Positions 10,738 through 21,180 of a DNA stretch of 56,513 bases are shown piece after piece. The position numbers and the translations under genes are program-made. The notes beneath the pieces are model-generated. The model saw only the letters and a program-made list of their open reading frames with translations. It was not told the origin of the DNA and ran no database searches. The DNA comes from Chlorokybus atmophyticus. Its lineage: Eukaryota; Plantae; Mesostigma and Chlorokybus algae. The stretch spans positions 1 to 56,513 of the forward strand of contig RHPI01000560.1 in the NCBI GenBank assembly GCA_009103225.1. The letters are read 5' to 3'. How positions within the stretch are numbered: position 1 is the stretch's first letter; every line of letters begins with the position of its first letter.

Positions 10738-12717
10738 GGTTGGTGTCCAGCACCGCTTTCTCATACACTGCGCGCTTGTGGATGGCTTGTGCAGTCCCAA
10801 AAGCTTCCTTGAGGGTGTAGCCGAGGGGCCTGCTGTAGTTCAGCGTCAGGCGCGTTGACTCACTCAGGGTGGGATCCAACTCGGCCACATACACCACCGC
10901 TGCCGCCTCCTCACTGACGATCTTGTAGTCAGTGTCTTTAAGCAACCCTTCCAACCGTGAATACAGTCGGAGAGGGTCCTCGTTGGGCTTCCGTCGAAAA
11001 CGCCTCAACTCCTCCACCTTACTGTTGGTCTGAGGCGGGAAGGTGCGCCGGAGTGCGGCGTAGAGGTCCTTTAACGGGGAGTCCGACATGGCCGCGCCCA
11101 CCGTAAGCGCGGGTGCACGCAATGCCACTGAGCCGAGGGTGAAAATACTGCCTCCCGCTGGAGCACGCGGGTTCGGTGTTGGTAGCAGGGGCGTACCCAT
11201 CTCCAACGCTGCAGCTTGCTGCTCCTCTTGTTGCTCCCGGATGATGGCCGCGGTGCGGTTGAGTATCCTAATCCGACGCTCGGCCTTCTTGCTTTCGATC
11301 TCTGCAGGAGTCAATGAGGCCACTACCACCTCAACTTCTTCATTCTCTGCCTTCTCCATGGCTGCAGCTAGAGTGAGACCCGTGACTGAGGCTGGTGGGG
11401 CCGCTGCTACAGGGACAGTAACCGATGGGCTATGCAGTGACGTGGAGGATATTGTGCTGGCCAGTTCGCCATAGCCATCAATCTTGTGCAACTCAGCGAC
11501 GGACTTCCACACATCATATTGTGCTTCGTGATCAAGGTATTGAGCGGACACATGAAACGATACCTCATCTGTCCAGTCCTTGCTCTTGAGGGCTTGCTGC
11601 CGCATCTTGGAGTGGAACTTGATGATGAACTCGTCAAGTGAGGTGGTGCCAGGGCGTCCGAAGAAGCGTAGGGAGTTGGTTGAGCTGGAAGGCTCCATCT
11701 CCTCGTCGTCACTGTCCGACGGTGGTGGAGATGCTCGCTGTCGAGGAGTGGAGTGAGAGGAGGTGAAGCCGGAGACGGGGCGTGAGCCTCTGCTGCTACG
11801 GTAATCGCTCCCTTCACTTGCGCGCTCGTAGGTAAGGTTGGAGGTTGGGTCCAGCTGTTGAGGTCCCCTTCTTCTATTGGCGAGAAAGGGGTGGGCCTGC
11901 TCACACAGCTGATGCGATGGTGAAAGTGGATGAAGGGTAGAGTGTTTGTGCTCTACAATGGGATCTCCAGTGTTGCTATCACCCAACACACTAGCGCTTG
12001 TGCGCGCTATGCGATGTCGGTGACAATACTGCATTGCGATGTGTACAACTACAGATTGCGATGCTGATGTACAGCCTGCAACTACACTCACTTGAGCAAA
12101 GAGGGTGACACTGTAAGTCAACAAGCCACTACTATAGGTAGTGCTGTTTACACAGTTGTTTGCATGAGTGGAAGAGAAATGACACTGTTAAGTGAGGTGA
12201 ATGAGCAAGCAACACGTGGATGCTATGCCCTGACTGATGCCAACAAGCACACCGCGACCAAGTACACAAAACTCACAGCAAAGACAAGCACAGTGCACAA
12301 GAACATGCACAGGCTCTCACACGGTGAGGGGATTCTTGGGAACCAGAACGGCGTGCTTCGTAGTTCAAGTCGCTTCACCAGCTCTTAGCTTTCTCACTTA
12401 CAGTGTCACCAGCTGATCCGGTGAACACTGTGCCTACTTATACAAGTCAACTTATGACTGTCCAGAACATAAGCTAATGGTCATGAGGCTATTTTCACAG
12501 GAAATCCCCACTCGATATAGAACCCAACTTATAACTGAACTCACAACTGAACAGCTACGCGCGGTGCCTATGTAGGCTATGATCATGAGCTACTCTAGAG
12601 ACATGACCTAGCTACTGGTCAGAGACGCGCGCGGGTCGCCATGCTGGTAAGCCGGGCGAGGGTCTCGCTGTAGGCATGCTCGATGACGACTGGCATGCTT
12701 GGGTGATAGGCATGACA
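10738..12717 (-). mobile_element. Ty3/Gypsy family 1, copy B (LTR 12112-12717, leader, N-terminal gag; cut by the Copia)
   Basis: Homologous to 5401-7371. Start codon is GTG instead of ATG (~11904) and there is a 1-nt frameshift near 11850. Confidence 0.9.
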
Positions 12718-13859
12718 CTTCGTTCCATAATGTCCAACTGCCTGGCAATCCTTTCCAACGACTGTGTTGTACAACTCCGCACACCTCTCGTTGCTTTACC
12801 CTGCGCCCTGAGCTACACCCACACCCACATCCACAACCACAACCACAGCAACAGTAGCAAACTATACCAGCGAGACCTTGCAATGGCTATATACGCCGCC
12901 AACCTCCCGTCCAATTGATGATGTCCCATAAATGACAGCCGCCGAATTGGTGAGTCTCTAGCCCTAACACTTGACAGCCGCCTTGTTTATTGCATGCATT
13001 TGTTGTTACATAATTAAATGCACTTTGTTGTACTAATGCGTTTGACTACGATTCGCCGTCCAATAAATGACAACCGCCAGTCTAAGGATGGACAGCCGCG
13101 TCGCTAGCTTTGTGACTTCTATTGACTGGCGCACTGCACAAGGCACTGCACAAGTACGGCTTGTGCGGCTCGTGCGACTGACAATATGGAATATAGTAGG
13201 ACTTGACAGTCGCAGCAGCAGCTTGGTGATCGAGTCTTGAGTTCGCTTGCGACTTTGCATGCGCCCCGATTCCGTGTTGCTTCAGAATACTTGTACTAGT
13301 CGTTTGTGGATTGTTGCTTGAGCTGTCAGCGCTTACCTGAAAGGTGTTTATTTTGCTTTAAAGCTTGCATGCCTTGTTGCTTGCGCGCTGAGTCACTGTT
13401 TGTGCATTAAGTTCGGTTGCTTGTTCAGCCTCAGTCTGTGCACTGAGTTCAATTGATGGTTCAGACTGTTTAGCTAACACTATGGCTATTGGGGAGGGCA
13501 GCCAAATGCCTGCCGCAGCTGATTGCTTCAGGGCCAAGGGCAACAATTTGCTGGGTCAGGTGACGGGTCAGCAATTCTTGATGAAGGAGGAGTACAAGCA
13601 TATGCGCACAACGCTGATGGTTAACCTGGAGAAGCTGAAGAAGGAGATGTTGAGCAAGTGGCCACTACCTCAAGGTATGAAAGGCAAGGACTTCAAGATG
13701 AATGCTGAGCATCGGCAGGAGCTCGACGAAGTGTGCCAGGCGGTCTTGCAGCAGTCATTTCCACTGGTCTTTGACGCAAACCACTCGCTCATGTGGACAA
13801 AAAGTGAGCTGCTTTCTTGATGACATGTGATCGTTGAATGGAATTTGAATTCAGATGTG

Positions 13860-14240
13860 TTGAAGTGAGCTGTAGCATATCGTTCAGCTTACAGTTCACT
13901 GTGTCTACTTTGCTGTATTGCCGTTAACAGTCCTTACCCTGATTGCTGTTGCTGTGTTCGTGGTTATTGCTGTGCAAAGTTGCTCTCAGTGCCAGTTGCA
14001 GTATGCTGTCTTTTGTTAGCTAGCAGCTTGCAACAGCTGAAAGTGCTTTCTGGGCATTGTTTTTACGCTGACAGTCCTTGCCCTGGTTGTTGTTGCTGTG
14101 TTTGTGCTTGTTGCTTCACTGACCGGTTGCGATATACTGTTTTCAAGGCTGTCTTTTGCTAGATAGCAACTTCCAACAGCTGAAAGTGTGTGCTACATGG
14201 AGTTGTCTTGCCATTTACAGTCCTTGCCGTTGGTACTTTG
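13860..14240. repeat. Degenerate ~145-bp tandem repeat (about 3 units), probably intronic
   Basis: CAGTCCTT anchor at 13928, 14072 and 14218; CAACAGCTGAAAGTG occurs twice. Confidence 0.6.
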
Positions 14241-14518
14241 CTGTCTCGTATCTGCTTGTTTTGCAGCACAAATCAAGCAGTACGTGCTAGTGCTTCGGTA
14301 CATCGTTGGCGCGAAGTGCGGCAGTGGTACCAGGAATAGCGTCGAACAACACAATGAGGCCAAGAAGGCGTGCCAGCGACATGGAAGCTGCACAAGGCAG
14401 CCGCGCTGCTCAAGCTGAAGCTGGCTGGGGCATTTTGTCTTGGGAGGGACATGAGGGCCAACCAGCAGGTGGTCATGCTGGCGCCTTTGACCGCAGAGCC
14501 TCTCACACGCACAGTACC

Positions 14519-14895
14519 TGTTGCAGGTATTCCTACATCCGGTCAGCTTACCCTTTGCATAGGAATACACGAGAGGACCTCGATGACTCCGGACTGGGTC
14601 CGAGCAGGTTGCAGAGCAAGGGCTTACAAGAACCGTTGGATCTTGGTGGATACAGAGCCGAATGACACGTGGCGTAGCTTGTTGTGTAGATCTTGAAGTA
14701 AGCTACGTGGTGCAACATACAGCGCAGGATTCGGTTAAGTGCATCGTACGGTGTAGCTTGTAGATCAGCAGTGTGTGTATCTGGTGCAAAATCTGGCGGG
14801 TATAAGACCCGCGGACTTGTTGCTTTAATACAAGCTGTAGAGTGATGTAGCATGTCACCCATGTGCATGTGCTTGTCAACGTGTGTATGTCAACA
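14519..14895 (+). repeat. Copia solo LTR (377 bp) with 5-bp TSD GTACC/GTACT
   Basis: TGTTG...CAACA termini, 4/5 TSD match, homologous to the LTR at 20788-21180. Confidence 0.88.
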
Positions 14896-16313
14896 GTACT
14901 GGGCCACTTGGCTAAAAGAGCGGTAAGCAATCATGGTGCTGTCGACTGTCGATCATGTTATACTGTTGCCTCCATACTGGCTTCACACATGGTGCCTGCT
15001 ACTCTGACTGCTACTCTGCATGTCACAACAGGGGTGCGGACGGATATGCTGAAGATCAGGTGTTAGACATTTGCAACAAGCAGTTGTTGTTGGCGTCGTC
15101 ACCATTGATTCCGCATGCGAGCCAAACCAACCAATGCGCATATATCTAGTCTCTGCTAACCATTTGATGGCAGTCAGAAGCGAGGATGACAACCTTGCCG
15201 TTCAACTACATGTGAAAGAGAGGCATTTTCTCTATGGCATGCTGGCAAGCAGCTGCCACGGTGGGCGTACTTTGGAGGAACATTGCTTGCTGTGGATATG
15301 CACGTGCTCCAACCATGACTGTACGGTGGAGTCCATGAGCATTTCTTGTGTTAAACACAACAACATGCAGGTTAGGGAAATGGAGTGGCCCATGATGTTC
15401 TTGGCCAGCAGAGGCATCTGCCCATATGAGGCATGCTAACGATGAGCGCATTGCGGTGCCTGGTTGCATCAAGAACCTACTACCGCCTACGCCCGCATGC
15501 AGGCACAGCACGGACACAGAAGGTAATAAGGGCTGTTGTTAGGCTGCTGCCTCATGATGGACAGTCGCAAATGCAGTCAATTGGTCGTCTTGACAGTCGC
15601 AGATTGCAATGTATGTTGCCGTTCTTGACAGTTATTAACGCATTGCATTACAAGCTGTTAACAAAATTGACGGTCGCCAATGCGTTCAGTTAACTCTGTT
15701 ATGACAGTCGCCAAGGGACTGCACTGACCACTCTGGGTCTTATGCAGGTTGCTGGGGCGATCTCTGACTGTAAAGATGAAAAAGCCGCCGCCATGGACTT
15801 GCGAATTGCAGCAGGGATTGTGTGCATCATCAAGCCCAAGGCCCCCACCAGAGAGGAGGCAATCGACATGTATGAGTACTACCATCACATCGAGCACACG
15901 CTGTTCCACAATGGTCACAAGCTGGCATTTAAGGACCCCGACCGAATGGAGCGTGTGTCAGACGAGCTGATATTGCGAGCCATTGTCAGCTTTGCTACCG
16001 GGAAAAAATGGTTGGTGTCTAACAAAAAAGTTGAAGGAGGGTGCGAGTGGGGATCCAATTGCAAACTACCAGGTATGCATACTTCACTGCAAAAAGTTAA
16101 TGACAGTCCTTTGCTATTTTTCAAGAGTGATAACTTGATACAATGCAGGCCTTTTGAGCAAGGCAAAGAAGAGAAAGCCATTCCGACCCACGAGGCAGTG
16201 GATGCGACAACCCTTGTCATCCTCCTAGGTGGGTGGTTTCCTATGCTATGGTTGTGTTACTGTTTGTGTAAGCACGTAACAGTACAGTTGTTATGCAGAG
16301 TTCAACAAGCATG

Positions 16314-16815
16314 TGTTAGCATGAGCATGTCCTGCACACTGCTCAGTCCTATCAGCTTGTGGATTGGCTAAGGCATGAGCCTTAGAGATACTGCTACTAG
16401 TATGATATCGATCGATCATGAGTCTGTAGCAGATATCGAGTCCACTACGCGGAGTATGACCAAGTAGGAGACTCCGGACTTGCTCATGAGGCTGGCGCAG
16501 CCTGACGCAGCCAACGCCTCGGGAGAACGGCAAGAACTCCGCGCATACTTAGCCTTAAGAGACGTGGCTTAGCTTGTTGGAAAGCTTTGGCTGTAAGCTA
16601 AACAACTAAGCTAACAGATTGGCAATTTGCTAAGTATATCTCACGCATTGCTTGCTACAGTAGACATGTGTAGTATGGCTGGTGTAAAGGCCAACAGAAT
16701 TAACAAGTTGTTGGTTCGGGTGAAACCCCTTTGCAAGCCTTGTGTGCACGCCTTGTGTGTATATTTTGGTGCATGTGTATGCTGTAGTTGGCCAGCACTA
16801 GCTCAGTGTTCAACA
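16314..16815 (+). repeat. Copia-type solo LTR (502 bp) with TSD GCATG/TCATG
   Basis: TGTTAG...TCAACA; absent at the homologous site of copy 2 (~52830); shares AGCTTGTTGGAAAGCT with LTR 10315-10737. Confidence 0.8.
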
Positions 16816-17124
16816 TCATGCGCTGAGTGTTTGCAAGAGATGCTGTCGAGCAAGGCGAGCGCGGGTGTCTTCACATTGGGGCTAAATCAACCAAGGAGAG
16901 CACAAGTCTAGCTTCCAGGCAAAGGTGCTGGCAACACAACAGACTGGTGTTGTTAGCTGCTCATATTTCCTCCTGTAACCGCAGCGTGAAGTGCATGTAG
17001 GAGACTGTAGCTACAGTCTCACTAGCTTGACACAGATGGGCTGTCGTTTGACAGTCCATTACAGCATTTTGTAAATTGCATGCGTGTCGGATTGTATGCA
17101 CCAGGCGCGGTGCAGGCACCATTG

Positions 17125-17852
17125 CAGACCATGCATGGATTCAATGGCTGTGACAACATGATAGACCATGCATGGTGCAACTGTCAATCAGTCCATGTAT
17201 GGTGCGTTGTCTGTTAGGACCAGACATGGTGCCGCTTGTGGACCATGCATGGCTTCAATGGCTGTGACATCATGATAGACCATGCATGGTGCGACTGTCA
17301 ATCATACCATGTATGGTGCGTTGTCTGTTATGACCATGCATGGTGCCGCTTGTGGACCATCTATGCACAACAATGCCCGTATCTATGGACCGTGCATGGT
17401 GCGACTGTCAATCAAACCATGTATAGTATATAGTATGCATTGTATGTTACGACCATACATGGTGCCGCTTGTGGACCATATATGCACAACAGCGTCCGTA
17501 TCCACAGACCGTGCATGGTGCGACTGTTGATCAAATTGGCACCATAAATGGTCCACTGAGCCAGGAGGGCAACGCACCATGCATGGTCGATACAATGTTA
17601 GTTTAAACAAACACTTCCGGTCCGTATCCATGGACCGTGCATGGTGCGACTGTCAATCACTAGACATGTGAAAGTAACAAACCATACATGGTCTTCTGCG
17701 CCAAGGGGCATTGCACCATACATGGTCCTTGCAACCTCAAACAAACAGGTCACCATACATGGTGCGACCCCCAAAACACATGGAACCGTTCACGTGAGGT
17801 TTGGACCATGCATGGTATGACTGTTAATGACAGTCCGACCATATATGGTCCA
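17125..17852. repeat. Array of ~22 short palindromic units (consensus ACCATRYATGGT) with 10-45 nt spacers
   Basis: Counted by eye. ~112-118 bp higher-order period at 17128, 17240, 17355, 17473. Homologous array at 53130-53735. Confidence 0.9.
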
Positions 17853-17959
17853 CCAATTTCACTTGGCACAACGTCAGTCAATGTGCACAACACTGCGTGC
17901 ACGCACACACATGTGCCGCGCGCAACAACTAGCGATAGCAACAACAAGCAAGGAACTCA

Positions 17960-18690
17960 ACTCACTTGTTGCGTGCCGCCGTCTCCCGCCCTGTACGGGA
18001 TCTCCTGGTACAGCTCCTACAGCTGAACAAGCAAAGCAAACTCGTCCTCTATGGGTGTGACGGTACCTTGGCCCAACAGACTAGTAGCCTGCACCTGGAA
18101 GTGCTTAGCCCACTTGGGGCCATAGTCGTGATAGATGGCGGTCTCGTACTATATTTGAGTTAAGACAGACATCATAGGAGCCTCAAAAAACAACCCCAAA
18201 GCAATGATCTCATCAGCACGCGAGCAGCTTGTGTTCGCGTGCTGGGAGCCTGAAGTCGCGATCGAGCTTGTTCCACAATGCCCACTGCACCATGGCTGTG
18301 GTGAGCTTGCGCAAGGTGCCATCGGCTGCACGAAGCTCACAATTAGTACACTGACAGCAACGCGTTTAAAGGATGCCAACACGTGCAAGATGTGCACATA
18401 GCTTGAACTACAAATGACATGGTCAACCTGAATGACGCTTAGAAGAGCGCATTCAGGTTTTCAAATAGATCAGCTGATAATCAATTTTATTCTAGCCTTA
18501 TCAGTCCAGCTGCGCACCTGCTGCAGGTAGCTTGTATCGCAGTAAAGTGGAGTGGGGTAGAATCGGGTGCGGCTTTTGTAACCTAATGCGAAGGTTACAA
18601 TAGCAGCACCCGACTGCATAGCGGCCGCTCGAGTATCTGACAGGACCAGGGCTGGTCGCGCCCCCTGTGGCCTGCAAATCACACCTGCAC
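17960..18690 (-). pseudogene. Possible decayed spliced coding sequence of unknown family
   Basis: Protein-like segments (ARPALVLSDTRAAAM...YCDTSYLQQ; LRKLTTAMVQWALWNKLDRDF; YETAIYHDYGPKWAKHF) bounded by AG/GT, with stops. Confidence 0.3.
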
Positions 18691-19339
18691 TGATACAGCA
18701 AGGTACAGGTGCTGTGCATCAGACCTGGTCCGTATGCAGCCGTGTCATGGGACCAGGTACATTGCACCACGTCGCCTGTCCATTGATACAATTGTAGCAA
18801 TGACCGAACCTGTCTGGCATGATTGGGGCGCGGCCTTGCACACGTCAGCACAGCGTTAAGTACGGCTGTACTTGTCTCGTGCTAAAACCCTAATTTGCAA
18901 CTGAGGTCGCACCAAGGCACTGCTTGTGGCACTGCGTTGCAAGCTATTGGAGCTTGAGGCGGCGGTGCTGGAGGCCAACTTACCACATTAAGCAAACGGT
19001 GTTGATTGTTCGCTACACTGTGTGTGGCTTACTGCGTGCAGATTTCCGTAGTTTGTAGCATTCGAGTAACAGCTGCTGTGGTTGTAGCGGCCCTATCCTG
19101 CTGCCGGTGCTGCCGTTGTCTACACAGTGGGCACTCTCGTCACCACTTGTTGGCAATGACATTGTTGTTGTAGTGGTGGTGTCGGTTGTGCTGGTGACTG
19201 TAGGTGGTGCTCGTGATTGCTGCTGTAGCTTGACAACAGCAAGCAACAACATCCGCAGCAGCTGCTACAGCCGCAGCCACTACCGCAGCCATAGCAGCTG
19301 CGGCGGCGGCTGTAGCAGCAACAACAATGACATATGAAC

Positions 19340-21180
19340 CAACTAGTTAGTTTTAGTCAATAGTCCAGCACATGCACGAGAATGAGATGTGGTTGAAGTT
19401 GGAGAGCCACTTGAAGGCACGCAACATGGCAAGAAGGCTACAGCTAAGACAGGAACTCAACTCATTGCAAAAGCTGAGCGGGGAGCCAACTAAAAAGTTT
19501 GTAGTGCGGGCGAACGCTATGGAAAGACTTGTTGGGCGTTGGCCATGAGCTCAAGGAAGTTGAGGTGGTGTGGGCTTTGGTCTCAGGGTTGCCCACGGAA
19601 TATCGAGTGGTTGTCACCAGTTTTGAGTCGACGATGGAAGAGTTGTCGCTGGACGGGGTGACACCAAGGCTTCTTCAAGATGAGCACCGCTTGAAGAAGG
19701 ATGATGAAGTGCAGAATGGAGCATCACCCGGAGGTGTGGCGTTTGCTACTTCAAAGGGTGTGAAGAAGGACGCTCAAGGCAACAAAGAGTGTTGGCTCTG
19801 CGGGAGCGTCACTTCAAGTACAAGTGTCCCAAGTTGAAAAAGGCAAGTGAAGAACAGAGAGGAAGAGCGGTTGCATTTCATGCAATGGAAGAAGGAGCAG
19901 AGTATCCTCCGTGGGTGCTGGATTTGGGAGCTTCGAAGCATCTTACAAGCGACAGGAGCAAGCTCGTCAACTACACTCCTCCGACAAAGCCTGTCACGGT
20001 GGACTTTGGCAACAAGACGATGTTGCAAGCAATTGCAAAGGGGGACGACAACCTTAGGTGTAAGGTTGTGAGTGAAGTGAGAAAGGTTGTGCTGAAAGAT
20101 GTACTGCATGTGCCAGGTGCATCTACAAATCTATTCTCATTGCGTGTAGCCACGAGGGTTGGTGCGAGTGCTGTGTTTAACAGGTACAAGGCTAAGATAG
20201 TGCTTGGGGGTGTTACACATCTGATCGGCATTGACAATGGAAGGCTTTACTACGTGGAGGAGGACATGGATCACAAGGTGATTGCTGCAATGGCAAGATT
20301 GGTTGAGAAAGAAGCATTCAAGAATATACAAGGTCGAAGCAACAAGAAGGCACACAAGGTTGCTGCGAAGGCGAGCTCAGAGCCCGTGGGAGCTGCAAGG
20401 AGCTACAAGCAAGTGCTTGAGAGCAAGGTGCCGAAGGTGATGAAGGACAAAGATAAGGTTGTCACTGAAGGCAAAGGTCATGTAAAAAGAAGACAAGTGC
20501 AGCGAGAGAAAGCGGTAACGAGCATGTGCAGCAAGTACATGCGAACAGAAGGCAAGCTGGGGGTGAAGCTTGCGAATAACGACAACAAGAACTTCAAGGC
20601 AAACAAGTTTCAAGCATTGATGGGAAGCATGGAGGAGCTGGAGTTAGAAGAGCTCAAGGGCCGGGCTTCGATGGTCGCGCACGAGAAGAAGAAGGTCGCT
20701 AAGAACAGAAACAAGGAGCGCATGGGAATTCACCATGCGTGAGTGATAAAGGAGTCAGTGGTGAAGGCCAAGCTGCCCACGTGGGAGTGTTAAAGGTATT
20801 CCTATATCCGGTCAGCTTGCCCTCTGCATAGAAATACACGGAGAGGATCTCGATGACTCGATTGAGTTCGAGCAGACTGCAGAGGAAGGGCTTACAAGAA
20901 CCGTTAGAGTTTGATGGATTCAGAGCCGAATAACACATGGCGTAGCTTGTTGGGTAGAACTTGAAATTAGCTACGTGGTGCTTTAAGTTGCACCACATAG
21001 CCAATTTCAAGTTTAGTTGAGTGGATCGTACGGTGTGGCTTGTAGACCAGCAGTGTGTGTATTTAGTGCAGAATCTGGCGGGTATAAGACCCCGCGGACT
21101 TGTTCACTAATACATACTGCAGTGTTGTGATGTAGCATATAACCCACGTGCATGTGCTTGTCAATGCGTGTATGGCAACA
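19340..21180 (+). mobile_element. Degenerate non-autonomous Copia (gag, protease, no INT/RT/RH) with PPT and 3' LTR 20788-21180
   Basis: MWLKLESHLKARNMARRLQLRQEL, EVEVVWALVSGLPTEY, broken CWLCG knuckle, WVLDLGASKHLT; then CCCACGTGGGAG followed by TGTTAAAGG...GCAACA. Confidence 0.85.

Larger units (their letters stand above)
13482..16228 (+). pseudogene. Multi-exon gene of unknown family inside that element (disrupted by a solo LTR and stops)
   Basis: Exon-like ORFs at 13482-13801, ~14330-14920 (in frame once the solo LTR is removed: ...LTRTV|LGHLAKRA), ~15070-15525, 15749-16072 and 16148-16228. Splice sites of the last two are conserved in copy 2. Confidence 0.5.
12720..17868 (+). mobile_element. 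Unclassified large putative DNA transposon, copy 1 (spliced gene plus palindromic terminal array, ends ...ATTTCACTTGGCA)
   Basis: 15530-17868 is homologous to 51968-53752 and similarity stops sharply after CACTTRGCA. Left end not found. Confidence 0.55.

Noticed and set aside
17125-17852. CRISPR array
   Set aside because: Repeats are only ~12 bp, spacers recur and are conserved between the two copies, there are no cas genes, and the context is eukaryotic.
19000-19330. ORFs over the (GCA)n/(TGG)n tract
   Set aside because: Low-complexity microsatellite sequence with no recognisable motif.
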